Assembly (NCBI GenBank): GCA_963768175.1
Contig: CAVYGQ010000001.1
Location: forward strand, 702,305-766,304
Direction of reading: 5' to 3'
Length of the DNA stretch: 64,000 nucleotides
DNA from: Candidatus Doudnabacteria bacterium
GTDB taxonomy: Bacteria; Patescibacteriota; Doudnabacteria; UBA920
Shown: one piece after another, positions 8,521 to 18,041 of the stretch
Layout: the number at the start of each line of letters is the position of its first letter
How positions within the stretch are numbered: position 1 is the stretch's first letter
The notes under the pieces: model-generated
The model's input: the letters and a program-made list of their open reading frames with translations, nothing else
Databases searched by the model: none
What the model was told of the DNA's origin: nothing
Position numbers and translations under genes: made by a program

Positions 8521-10542
8521 ATGCCCGACCTCAAACAAAAGCTTAAAAATATTCCCCAAAAACCAGGCGTCTACCTTTTTAAAGATAAGCACGGGGTTGT
8601 TTTATACGTGGGCAAAGCCAAAAATTTAAAAGCGCGCGTCAGCCAATACTTAAGCGGGCATGACGAACGCGAGCAAATCCCCTATTTGATGGAAGAGGCC
8701 GTTGATGTTGATTACACGGTCGTAAATAACGAACTGGAAAGCCTATTTTTGGAAAACACGCTTATTAAGCAGTATTTGCCCAAGTATAATATTTTACTGC
8801 GCGACGACAAAAATTACGCTTTTATAAAAATTGACTACTCAACGGAGATTCCCCAAATTGGATATGCGAGAAAAATTGATAGTTATCGGCGTCATCCTGA
8901 CCCTGAGCGAAGCGAAGGGGAAGGATCTCTTAAACAATCGGTGAAAAGAGATTCCTCGGCTGCACTCGGAATGACACCGGAAGATAAGTTCTTCGGTCCG
9001 TATAGCGCCGCATACAAAATCCGCAACACTTTGCATTTAATGCGCAAAATTTTTCCTTACTGCTCGGCGCAAAAAGTTTCCGGCAAGCCGTGCTTCTACT
9101 ATCACCTGCACCGCTGCCCGGGCGTGTGCATAGGCAAAATTTCGCTTAATGAATACAAACTCCAGCTCAAAAAAATTGAAGACTTTTTGGCCGGCAACAC
9201 GGGCAAAATCGGCAAACAACTGCAAAGCGAGATGCGCCAAGCGGCCATAAAAAAACAGTTTGAAAAAGCCGCAAGGCTTCGCGACCAGTTAAACTCCTTA
9301 AAACTTTTGGAAGAACACCAAACGGTAATTTTAGCCAAAAAAGTGGATTGGGATATTGTGTCTTTGGCATCTTCCGATGGCTATACCTGCATAAATTTAT
9401 TTAAAGTCCGCAGCGGCAAGCTGCAGGATAAGGAAAATTTTGTATACGAAACTAATGTTGATTATTTGCGCGGCCGCGCAAATAATCAACAAGACGAAAT
9501 TTTGCAAAAATTTTTGGAGCAATACTATTTGGAAACTTCCAGCATTCCCAAAATTATTTACGCCCAGTACCCAGCCCAAGGATATCGGCTGATAGAAAAA
9601 CTAATACGCTCGCGGTGCGGCCGCGCAACCAAAATTATTACGCCCCAAAGAGGCAAAGCCAAAAAACTGGTAAAGCTTGGGGTTGTCAACGCGCAGGAAT
9701 ATTTGACCAAATGGCTTTCGGACCAGGCCGGAAATTTGCCCGCCCGCAACGACTTCGTCGTAGCGAAGTCGGGCGGGGACAAAATCAACCGCGCATTACA
9801 GGGCTTAAAAGATATTTTGAAGTTGGAAAAAATTCCCCAACGGATTGAGTGCTACGACATTTCCAATATCCAAGGGACCAACGCGGTGGGTAGCATGGTG
9901 GTGTTTAATAAAGGCCTGCCGGCTAAAAGCGAATACCGCAAATTTAAAATCCGTTCCAAGTCCACGCCGGACGATTTTGCGATGATGAAGGAAATGCTAG
10001 GGAGGAGATTCGCCCGATCTGTTATTGCGAGGAGTGCATCCGACGAAGCAATCTTATCGGAGAAAGGATTGCCGCGCCCCTCGGATGCACTCGGGGCTCG
10101 CAATGACAAAGGAAGCTGGCCTCTTCCAGAGCTCATCGTAATCGACGGCGGCAAAGGCCAGTTGTCTGCAGCGATTGAAGTACTTACAACATACAACACA
10201 CAACACACAACTCCAATAATCGGCCTTGCCAAACGCATTGAAGAAATCTTTGTGCCGGGCAAATCGGATCCGATAATTTTATCGCACGACGACCCCGCTC
10301 TCCAGCTCCTGCAAAGATTGCGCGACGAAGCTCATCGTTTTGGCATAATCTTTCACCGCAAACTCCGTTCCAAAGAAGCGATAAAATCCGCGCTGGACGA
10401 CATCCCGGGGCTAGGCCCCAAAACCAAAAAACTTTTAAAAACCAAATTCGGAACCGTGGCGGATGTCAGAAAAGCCAGCTCTGATGAATTGACAAAAGTT
10501 GTCGGGGTAAAGTTGGCACAAACGATTAAACAAAATTTATAA
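8521..10542 (+). CDS. uvrC: Excinuclease ABC subunit C
   Basis: GIY-YIG N-terminus (KPGVYLFKDKHGVVLYVGKAKNLKARVSQY), UvrBC domain, RNase H-like and C-terminal HhH. The likely true start is the ATG at 8521 (MPDLKQK...); the ORF-track start at 8431 is an in-frame extension through AT-rich repeats. Contains two in-frame palindromic inserts. Confidence 0.9.
   Translation: MPDLKQKLKNIPQKPGVYLFKDKHGVVLYVGKAKNLKARVSQYLSGHDEREQIPYLMEEAVDVDYTVVNNELESLFLENTLIKQYLPKYNILLRDDKNYAFIKIDYSTEIPQIGYARKIDSYRRHPDPERSEGEGSLKQSVKRDSSAALGMTPEDKFFGPYSAAYKIRNTLHLMRKIFPYCSAQKVSGKPCFYYHLHRCPGVCIGKISLNEYKLQLKKIEDFLAGNTGKIGKQLQSEMRQAAIKKQFEKAARLRDQLNSLKLLEEHQTVILAKKVDWDIVSLASSDGYTCINLFKVRSGKLQDKENFVYETNVDYLRGRANNQQDEILQKFLEQYYLETSSIPKIIYAQYPAQGYRLIEKLIRSRCGRATKIITPQRGKAKKLVKLGVVNAQEYLTKWLSDQAGNLPARNDFVVAKSGGDKINRALQGLKDILKLEKIPQRIECYDISNIQGTNAVGSMVVFNKGLPAKSEYRKFKIRSKSTPDDFAMMKEMLGRRFARSVIARSASDEAILSEKGLPRPSDALGARNDKGSWPLPELIVIDGGKGQLSAAIEVLTTYNTQHTTPIIGLAKRIEEIFVPGKSDPIILSHDDPALQLLQRLRDEAHRFGIIFHRKLRSKEAIKSALDDIPGLGPKTKKLLKTKFGTVADVRKASSDELTKVVGVKLAQTIKQNL
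8895..8980. repeat. Palindromic element in frame within uvrC (copy 1)
   Basis: Inverted segments gagcgaagcgaagg...ctcggaatgac and aggatctctt / aagagattcct. Encodes HPDPERSEGEGSLKQSVKRDSSAALGMTPED. Confidence 0.55.
10008..10110. repeat. Palindromic element in frame within uvrC (copy 2)
   Basis: ttattgcgaggagtgcatccga ... tcggatgcactcggggctcgcaatga inverted repeat. Encodes ARSVIARSASDEAILSEKGLPRPSDALGARNDKGSW. Confidence 0.55.
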
Positions 10543-10675
10543 AATCGGAAGTCGGCACTATCATCCGACATGCCGCCCTGTCGAATGACAAGGACGGACT
10601 AATCGGAATGTCAGAACCTATGGTTTTCCATCCGATTTATCCGATTTTCTGACTCTCCGATTTTTCCGCCATACA

Positions 10676-10704
10676 TTGACACCGCCCGCCCTTTCCTTGT
10701 ATAA
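10676..10704 (+). promoter_or_regulatory. Sigma70-type promoter (TTGACA-17-TGtTATAAT) upstream of secG
   Basis: ttgacaccgcccgccctttccttgtataat. Confidence 0.45.
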
Positions 10705-10799
10705 TGGTTGGGCAAAATATTTTTTGGCCTAACTTCATCCTGTTAAATAATTTGCCCAGCAAATTGGCACTTTGTGCCATTTAACAGGACAAGAATCCT

Positions 10800-11021
10800 A
10801 TGAATTCCATTGTTTTCCGCTTCCTGAATATCCTGGTCATGCTTCTGTTAATAATCGTAGTTTCCCTACAAAACAAATCTTCCGGGCTTTCCAACGTCTT
10901 CGGTGGCGGCGGCAACATTGTCCAAACCCGCCGCGGCTTTGAAAAATGGCTGTTTTACGCCACCATTGTTTTAGGCATTATTTTTATGGCTATTAATATA
11001 AGCTTCCTGTTTAGTAAATAG
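10800..11021 (+). CDS. secG: Preprotein translocase subunit SecG
   Basis: 73 aa, two TM helices separated by a Gly-rich loop (VFGGGGN), typical SecG architecture. Confidence 0.6.
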   Translation: MNSIVFRFLNILVMLLLIIVVSLQNKSSGLSNVFGGGGNIVQTRRGFEKWLFYATIVLGIIFMAINISFLFSK

Positions 11022-11132
11022 CATTCCGATCCGGATATCCAGATAAAATCCGGATCAACGGATAACTGCGGATGCAAAAATCCGTAGACATCAGCAGATC
11101 CGGATGCATCCGTATATCGGGATCGCTTTACG

Positions 11133-12878
11133 ATGAACGGTTTCCCCGAAAACTTAACCTCTAGCGCCAAACAAATTTCTCTTGGCATAAAGGGGCTCAA
11201 ACATTTAAGCCTTTCCCGCTTGCGGAAAGTTTTTTCTTTAATGGGCAAAAACGAAAAAATCGCCGTAGGGGTGCTGGCTGTCTTAGCGCTGATTAGCCTG
11301 TTTGTATCTTTGCGCAATATTTATAACGCCCATACCACTCCTTCTCCGGACTTTGGCGGCAGTTACAGCGAAGGACTGCTTGGCCAGCCGACTTACATAA
11401 ATCCGCTTTTAACCAATGAAGAGCCGGATTTGTCTTTAACCAATTTGGTTTTTTCCGGACTCTATAAATATGACTCTGCAGGCCGGCTGGCTCCCGACCT
11501 GGCGGACGGCATGCCCACAGTTTCCCAGGACCAAAAACAATACACTATAAATTTAAAACGCAACGCGAAATGGCAGAACGGCAAACCCCTAACCGCCGAT
11601 GATGTTATTTTTACCATCGGGCTGCTTAAGGATCCGGACTACAAAAGCCCGCTGTGGCCGCTGTGGCAGGCTACCTCCGTCAGCAAGCTTTCGGATTACA
11701 GTGTCCAGTTTACCACCAAAGACATTTCCGGACCATTTATAAACAACCTTACCCTGCCCATTTTGCCCAAAGCCATTTGGGGCGGTGTGGACGCACAAAA
11801 CTTTTTGCAGTCCAAGTATAATTTGGAAGCTATAGGCAGCGGGCCTTACGCCATTAAACAGATTAAAAAATTGCCCAGCGGAAAAGTGGAAGAAATATCC
11901 CTGCAGTCAAACCCGGACTATTACGGCGGCAGGCCGAAAATTGACCAGCTGATTTTTAAATTTTACGATGACGAAGATGACATTTTAAACGCCTTCCATA
12001 GCCGGGAGATTGACGGGTTTGGCTTCGTGCCGCTGGGCAGCGATTTGTACGTGGATAAAAACCAGCCGCAGGCGCAAATTCTAACCGTGCCGCTGCCGCA
12101 GTATCAAATTGTATTTTTTAACCTGAACAATAAAATTTTAAGCGACCAAAACGTCAGGCTGGCGCTTTCTTTGGCAACGGACAAACAACAAATTATTAAC
12201 CAAGTTTTTGCCGGCAACGCGTTTTTGCCTGTGTCCCCTTGGCTGGGGCAAGGACAGATCGCCGCCACATCAACCGTAGATTTAAACCAAGCCAAAAACC
12301 TTTTGGACAACGGCGGCTGGGAAATCAACCCGGCAACCGGAATAAGGGCCAACAAGCAAGGCCAAGCTTTGGCGTTCACTGTCTCTACCAACGACTCCTT
12401 GGTTAATTCCAAGGCTGCGGAAATTTTGGCCGACCAGTGGAAAGCCCTAAACATAACCGTTAATTTAAACATTTTGCCGAGCAAACAACTTACGGACACG
12501 TTAATTAAACCCAGAACTTTTGACGTGTTACTTTTCCCACAAAAATTCAGCGCGGATCCCGACCCGTTTCCCTTTTGGCATTCCAGCCAGGTTAAAGATC
12601 CGGGCTTTAATTTAACCGGTTTTGCCGATGCCGCCGCCGACAGCCTGATTATTAACGCGCGCACGACTACCGATAAAAACGCCCAAGCCCAGGATTACCA
12701 ACAGTTTAACAGTATAATAATGTCAAAAGTCCCGATAATCTTTTTGGACCAAACCGAATATATTTACGCCGTAGACAGCAACGTAAAAAATATCCGGCTT
12801 AATGTACTTTATGACCCCAGCCAAAGGTTTAATGAAATTAGCCAATGGTATATGGCGACCAAGAGGGTATGGAAGTAG
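11133..12878 (+). CDS. ABC transporter substrate-binding protein, family 5 (peptide/oligopeptide/nickel, OppA/DppA-like), N-terminally membrane anchored
   Basis: 581 aa. N-terminal TM. Family-5 solute-binding protein length and motifs. Confidence 0.75.
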   Translation: MNGFPENLTSSAKQISLGIKGLKHLSLSRLRKVFSLMGKNEKIAVGVLAVLALISLFVSLRNIYNAHTTPSPDFGGSYSEGLLGQPTYINPLLTNEEPDLSLTNLVFSGLYKYDSAGRLAPDLADGMPTVSQDQKQYTINLKRNAKWQNGKPLTADDVIFTIGLLKDPDYKSPLWPLWQATSVSKLSDYSVQFTTKDISGPFINNLTLPILPKAIWGGVDAQNFLQSKYNLEAIGSGPYAIKQIKKLPSGKVEEISLQSNPDYYGGRPKIDQLIFKFYDDEDDILNAFHSREIDGFGFVPLGSDLYVDKNQPQAQILTVPLPQYQIVFFNLNNKILSDQNVRLALSLATDKQQIINQVFAGNAFLPVSPWLGQGQIAATSTVDLNQAKNLLDNGGWEINPATGIRANKQGQALAFTVSTNDSLVNSKAAEILADQWKALNITVNLNILPSKQLTDTLIKPRTFDVLLFPQKFSADPDPFPFWHSSQVKDPGFNLTGFADAAADSLIINARTTTDKNAQAQDYQQFNSIIMSKVPIIFLDQTEYIYAVDSNVKNIRLNVLYDPSQRFNEISQWYMATKRVWK

Positions 12879-12968
12879 TAGCCATTCAAGCATATAAGCA
12901 TACAAGCATTTAAACATCTTAGGTTTGCTTGTTTAAATGTTTAGATGTTAAAATGTTTAAATGAGCGC

Positions 12969-13055
12969 GCCGCGGTGGCGAAATTGGCAGACGCATACGC
13001 TTCAGGTGCGTACGACCTCACGGTCATGAGGGTTCAACTCCCTCCCGCGGCACCA
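12969..13055 (+). tRNA. tRNA-Leu (anticodon CAG), class II with long variable arm, CCA encoded
   Basis: GCCGCGG acceptor. D arm GCG-AAATTGGCAGA-CGC. Anticodon stem TACGC/GCGTA with loop TTCAGGT. Long variable arm. T arm GAGGG-TTCAACT-CCCTC. 3' CCGCGGC-A-CCA. Confidence 0.85.
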
Positions 13056-13089
13056 CGAATTAATACAAATAATCAAATAATCCAAATTT

Positions 13090-13710
13090 ATGAAAAAACT
13101 GTTACTTGTACTGCCTATTGCTGCCTTGTTAGCCGCCGGATGCAATTCAATCCAGCAGGCTTCAAATCAAGCCCCTGTTCAGGCTCCGGTTGTTCAAAAT
13201 ACAACTCCAACCCCTAGCCTAACACCAACTCAAACTACGCAGCCTGCCCCAACTCCAACAAGCGGGCAAAGCTATTCATTGCCACAGTGTGGAGTCAATG
13301 TGGTTGTAAGAGATGGCTTGCCCGGAAATATTAGTTCGGGGAGCCAAGGCGGTGTCATTTGGACCAGCTTAGCAGTCGGAGGTGCAATGCCAAAATCCGA
13401 ATTAGAGGTAACCTGTACACAAAAAATCGCCAACCCCCAAACTGCTGCGGATGTAAGCAAAAACGATATAGCCTTTATGTTGTCCGTGCAATCCGATGGT
13501 TCTTCAAAAGTTGATAAAGATTTATACTTGGCTTTAGACGCCCAAACAAGGTCAAATATAACCCAGCTTTACTCGGCAATGAACCAAGGCTATCGCCAAG
13601 GTTCCGAGACAATAGGTTTTTCAAACCAAGATTGGCTTTATACTTTTTCTTTCTTAAACCCGGCACAAGCCAGAAACCAAAATGATTTTGTTATTTCCGT
13701 AAATCCATGA
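13090..13710 (+). CDS. Hypothetical lipoprotein
   Basis: 206 aa. Lipobox LLAAGC. Thr/Pro-rich linker. Confidence 0.5.
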   Translation: MKKLLLVLPIAALLAAGCNSIQQASNQAPVQAPVVQNTTPTPSLTPTQTTQPAPTPTSGQSYSLPQCGVNVVVRDGLPGNISSGSQGGVIWTSLAVGGAMPKSELEVTCTQKIANPQTAADVSKNDIAFMLSVQSDGSSKVDKDLYLALDAQTRSNITQLYSAMNQGYRQGSETIGFSNQDWLYTFSFLNPAQARNQNDFVISVNP

Positions 13711-13997
13711 GACCTCTAAATTTTTGTTGACAAAAAAACCAGGGCGTGATATAATTAGAATACAAATTAAAAATCTGTCTGAAATAAAAGGAATTATCAG
13801 ATTATAATATAAAATTTAAGTAGCGGGATAACGCCAGTGTTATCAATAAATTTTGTTTTGTAATTTGCTAATTGCGAGCAAACCTAAAGGCGGTCGGCTG
13901 AGCAGGCCACTACCAAAAGGTTGTAGGTGGATTTTAATCCGCCTATAAACATTAATAATTTTTGCCTAGACGCAAATAGGCAGGACAATTTTAAAAA

Positions 13998-15878
13998 ATG
14001 ATGATGAAAAGACATCAGCCCCAGCCGCACAGGCACGGGCAGCAAAGCCGGCCGCAAGGGCAAAATCAAAATCAGCCTAAAACTGACCGTTTAGATGCGC
14101 TCATAAACAAAATGGGCGGTTTGAATTTGGGTGCCCAGCACGGTTTTAGCACCCGTTCAGGGTCTGACCCTTCAGGGTCTAAAGCGACCAGCCGCTACAC
14201 TGCCTCGCGCCAAAATTTAAGAATTATTCCCATGGGCGGCGTAGAAGAAGTCGGAGAAAACATGACCGCGCTGGAATATGGCGACGATATTATTATTATA
14301 GACATGGGTTTGGCCTTCCCCGACGAAACCATGCCGGGCATAGACTATATTATTCCCGACACCAAATGGCTGGAAGAAAATAAAAAAAGGATCCGCGGCG
14401 TTATTATTACCCACGGGCACTTGGACCACATTGGCGCCGTGCCTTACATTTTGCCCAAGCTCGGCGACCCGCCGGTTTATACTTTGGCGCTCACGGCCGC
14501 TTTTATAAAAAAGCGCCTGGAAGAATTCGGCCTTTTGGGCCGCTCCAAAATTAACAGCTTAACCAAAGACGACGTTTTGGCTCTGGGCAATTTTAAAATC
14601 AGGTTTTTTAGGATCAACCACAGCATCCCCAACTCCATCGGTTTGTGCATTACCACGCCGGTCGGCCAGATTGTCTATGTTACGGACTGGAAATTTGACC
14701 ACACGCCGGTAGACAGCAGGCCCACGGAATTTGACAAAATCGCCAAATTCGGCGCCGAAGGCGTAATGCTACTGATGTCCGATTCCACCAACGCGGAAAA
14801 ACCCGGCTACTGTATTTCGGAAAAAGAAATCGGCAACACCATAGACCGCACCTTTAGCGACATTAAAGGCCGGATTATTTTTGCCAATTTCAGCAGCAGC
14901 ATTTCGCGCATCCAGCAGGTCTTTGACGCCGCGGCCAAATATAACCGCAAAGTCATTGTCACCGGCCGGAGCATGGTTAATAACATAGAAATCGCGCTGT
15001 CTTTGGGCTACTTAAAAATCCAACCCAAAATTATTATAAAGTCCGAAGCCGCCAAAAAATTCCCGGATAACCAGATTGTCATTTTAACTACCGGGGCGCA
15101 GGGCGAAGAAGCCGCCGGCTTGGCGCGCATTGCCCGCGGCGACCACAAAACCGTAAGGATTAAAAAGGGAGACACCACCATTGTTTCCGCCTCCCCCATT
15201 CCGGGCAACGAACGGGCCATTGCCGCCATGCTGTCCAACCTAACCAGGCTTGGCTCCCACGTGATTTACAACAAGACTTTGGACATCCACACCTCCGGCC
15301 ACGCGCACCAGGAAGAATTAAAACTAATGATTGCCCTAGTCAAACCCAAATACTTTATGCCCATCCACGGCGAACACCACATGATTGTGGCGCACGCGGA
15401 ACTGGCCAAAGGCATGGGCATTCCGGAAGCCAATATTTTTGTCCTGGACAACGGACAAATTTTGGAAATCACTTCCGCCAAGGAAGCCAAAATTGTGGAA
15501 GACCCGAAAATCGCTTCGGGCTATGTGTTTATAGACGGGCTTGGCATCGGCGACGTGGGTGAAGTGGTTATCCGCGACCGGCAGGTTATGGCGCAGGACG
15601 GCATGTTCGTGATTATCATGACATTAGATAGAAGGAGCGGCAAACTGGTAAACCAGCCGGATATTATTTCCCGCGGCTTTATTTATATGAAAGGCAACGA
15701 CGATTTAATCCGCGAGGTCAAGCACGAGGTGCGCAAGCTGGTGGAAAGCAAAGGCAAGGAAAAGCTGGAGCCCAACTACGCCTACCTCCGCAACATTGTC
15801 CGCGACGAAATTGGCGAATACCTTTATCAAAAAACAGAGAGAAGACCAATGGTCCTTCCGGTCGTGATTGAAGTATAA
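13998..15878 (+). CDS. rnj: Ribonuclease J (beta-CASP metallo-beta-lactamase RNase)
   Basis: HGHLDHIG motif, MBL and beta-CASP domains, C-terminal domain. Low-complexity Gln/Pro/His-rich N-terminal extension. The start could instead be a downstream Met. Confidence 0.88.
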   Translation: MMMKRHQPQPHRHGQQSRPQGQNQNQPKTDRLDALINKMGGLNLGAQHGFSTRSGSDPSGSKATSRYTASRQNLRIIPMGGVEEVGENMTALEYGDDIIIIDMGLAFPDETMPGIDYIIPDTKWLEENKKRIRGVIITHGHLDHIGAVPYILPKLGDPPVYTLALTAAFIKKRLEEFGLLGRSKINSLTKDDVLALGNFKIRFFRINHSIPNSIGLCITTPVGQIVYVTDWKFDHTPVDSRPTEFDKIAKFGAEGVMLLMSDSTNAEKPGYCISEKEIGNTIDRTFSDIKGRIIFANFSSSISRIQQVFDAAAKYNRKVIVTGRSMVNNIEIALSLGYLKIQPKIIIKSEAAKKFPDNQIVILTTGAQGEEAAGLARIARGDHKTVRIKKGDTTIVSASPIPGNERAIAAMLSNLTRLGSHVIYNKTLDIHTSGHAHQEELKLMIALVKPKYFMPIHGEHHMIVAHAELAKGMGIPEANIFVLDNGQILEITSAKEAKIVEDPKIASGYVFIDGLGIGDVGEVVIRDRQVMAQDGMFVIIMTLDRRSGKLVNQPDIISRGFIYMKGNDDLIREVKHEVRKLVESKGKEKLEPNYAYLRNIVRDEIGEYLYQKTERRPMVLPVVIEV

Positions 15879-15893
15879 TAAATCCGAAATATC

Positions 15894-15923
15894 CCGCCCT
15901 TTGTCCGCAAAGGGCGGGGTTTA
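15894..15923 (+). terminator. Rho-independent terminator after rnj
   Basis: cccgccctttgtccgcaaagggcgggg followed by TTT. Confidence 0.65.
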
Positions 15924-15964
15924 ATTTGACTAAAATTTTTATAATGCTAAAATCATCAGACAGG

Positions 15965-16250
15965 AGGAACGATAGAAGATGTGTATTCACAATCGGAAGG
16001 GCCCCCAGCGCCAAGATTCTTCGCCGACTAGCCAACTCAACGAACCGATAATCCAGGATGCTGATAGGTCAGTGGGCGACATTCTGGACTGGAGCACGCG
16101 GATTGGACAAGGAGGGCCACGACACGCTCCCCCACCCCGCAAGCCGCCAAAGACTGAAACCGCACTTCCCGGCGACCGAGATTTGGACTAACGTCCTCAT
16201 CTGTCTGCCGCGGACGAACGACCTTCGCCCGCGGTTCCCTTTTTTTATTT
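15965..16250 (+). ncRNA. Candidate structured ncRNA or cis-regulatory leader (unclassified)
   Basis: Near-consensus promoter TTGACT-16-TAAAAT at 15925-15958. ~285 nt of ~58% GC sequence in a ~45% GC genome. Ends in hairpin ccgcgg-acgaacgaccttcgc-ccgcgg followed by a T-run (16208-16250). No credible ORF. Confidence 0.3.
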
Positions 16251-16441
16251 CATTTATTTGCTATACTAATATCAGAATTTACGCATTGACCAAGTTCGAG
16301 GCATTTTGCGAGGATTTTATGAGGCGTACTTTAGGTACGACGAATAAAACCGCAGCAAAATAACGAAGAAATTGGCCAAAGCCGCTTTGAAGGTAGGGCT
16401 CCGCCCGCCCAAAAAGCGGCGATGCGGAAATCCTGATTAAT

Positions 16442-17614
16442 ATGGATAAAAAACAAACCATTGTCTCCGGAATCAGGGCCAGCGGCAAATTACACGTTGG
16501 CAATTACCTGGGCGCGCTTAAGCAGTTTGTAGAGCTGCAAAACGACGAAACCAAAAACTGTTATTTTTTTATCGCTGATTTGCACGGCCTAACCACCCCT
16601 TTTGAGCCAAAAGAGCTGGCCAATACGATTTTGGACGTTACGGCCAGTTACTTAGCCGCCGGGATTAATCCAGAAAAAACAACTTTCTTTTTGCAAAGCC
16701 AGGTTTTGGAACATGCCCAGCTGGCCTGGATTTTTAATTGCATCACGCCGCTTGGAGAACTTTATCGGATGACACAGTTTAAAGTTAAAGGGAACCTAAA
16801 AACAAAAATCTCTGATCGTACTCCTTCGCTTTCCAAACCAGAAACTATAGGTAATCAAATTGTTGATAATTCTGGCTATTTCGAAAAATTATCAGAAAAA
16901 TATTTTGTAGAGTTTATCGACAAAGAAGGAAATCGTTCAGAAAATAAAATTGCTTCAGGATTTATAAAAACTCTTTATGACGAACTCTCAGATACTTACA
17001 AAGTTAACGCCGGACTTTTGACTTACCCCGCCTTAATGGCCGCGGATATTTTAATGTATAAAGCAGATGCGGTACCCGTGGGCGATGACCAGGTCCAGCA
17101 CGTGGAGCTGGCAAGGGTAGTAGCCAGGAAGTTTAACCACAAATTCGGCAAAACTTTTCCGGAACCCAAAACTTTTTTAACCAAACCGTTGCGGATTATG
17201 TCCTTAACCGACCCGACCAAAAAAATGAGCAAAACCGGGGACGAGGCTCTGCTGTTGGACGATTCACCCGCGGAAATAACGCGCAAGCTTAAAAAAGCTT
17301 TAACCGCAAGCGAGGCCGGCAAAAAATCCCCGGGGGAAGAAAATCTGATGCTGCTTTTGTCCCATTTTGGGAAAACTGATGAAATTGCTCATTTTATGGA
17401 GACGCAGGCAGCCGGAACTTTAAAATACAGCGAACTTAAAGAAGCCTTAGCCAAAGATATCAGTAATTATTTTGCCGATTTTCGTGAAAAGAAAAAAGAG
17501 CTTCTGGCAAGGCCGGAATATCTGGCGCAAGTCCTGGCCGAAGGCTCGCGCAAGGCCGCGGCAGTAGCCAAAGAAACATTGTTGGAAGTCAAACAAAAAA
17601 TCGGACTGCTCTAG
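16442..17614 (+). CDS. trpS: Tryptophanyl-tRNA synthetase
   Basis: HIGH-type motif GKLHVGNYLG and KMSKT(G). 390 aa, carrying a ~60-aa insertion (KVKGNLKTKISDRTPSL...SDTYKVNAG) relative to typical bacterial TrpRS. Confidence 0.9.
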   Translation: MDKKQTIVSGIRASGKLHVGNYLGALKQFVELQNDETKNCYFFIADLHGLTTPFEPKELANTILDVTASYLAAGINPEKTTFFLQSQVLEHAQLAWIFNCITPLGELYRMTQFKVKGNLKTKISDRTPSLSKPETIGNQIVDNSGYFEKLSEKYFVEFIDKEGNRSENKIASGFIKTLYDELSDTYKVNAGLLTYPALMAADILMYKADAVPVGDDQVQHVELARVVARKFNHKFGKTFPEPKTFLTKPLRIMSLTDPTKKMSKTGDEALLLDDSPAEITRKLKKALTASEAGKKSPGEENLMLLLSHFGKTDEIAHFMETQAAGTLKYSELKEALAKDISNYFADFREKKKELLARPEYLAQVLAEGSRKAAAVAKETLLEVKQKIGLL

Positions 17615-17676
17615 TCCGGTTTTTTAGTGTGATTTTCAAGTGTTAAGAAACAAAAATTCCACGGGAGGAAAAGATT

Positions 17677-18009
17677 ATGTCGGATCTTGCGGTCTACGTT
17701 CTACACATTGTAGTTAAACCCTACAAGGCCCCTTTCATCCGTCGCTCCCTGGAGGAAGCCAGAGACGATGGTGTGGCGTGGCATGGGTTCAAACTCATGG
17801 AACGTGTAGATGTAAAAGAAATCGCCAACGGCGTATTCGCCCAATCTTTCAACTCCTCAGGGAGTATTGAGGAGCTGGCTAACAACCCCAATGTCGTCCG
17901 AGTAGGCGTTTTCAATGGCTTGTGTATGAACCAAGTCATACAGGCGCCTGCCCAGGAAAGGGAACGACGCGAAACCATCATCTTTGACCGTCAGGCCGTT
18001 GCTGCCTGA
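17677..18009 (+). CDS. Hypothetical protein (GC-rich islet)
   Basis: 110-aa ORF in a 55-58% GC block. Confidence 0.3.
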   Translation: MSDLAVYVLHIVVKPYKAPFIRRSLEEARDDGVAWHGFKLMERVDVKEIANGVFAQSFNSSGSIEELANNPNVVRVGVFNGLCMNQVIQAPAQERERRETIIFDRQAVAA

Positions 18010-18041
18010 CCAGGCAAACACGAAGATAACGGAAGGGAAAC

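Noticed and set aside
12945-13217. 90-aa ORF called across the tRNA-Leu locus
   Set aside because: It overlaps a canonical tRNA-Leu(CAG) cloverleaf. Its apparent start lies in a hairpin-rich spacer, so the ORF is spurious.
15965-16250. T-box riboswitch assignment for the element upstream of trpS
   Set aside because: The position and terminator fit, but I could not find the conserved T-box core (AGGGUGGNACCGCG) or an obvious specifier-loop arrangement. It is kept as an unclassified ncRNA/leader instead.
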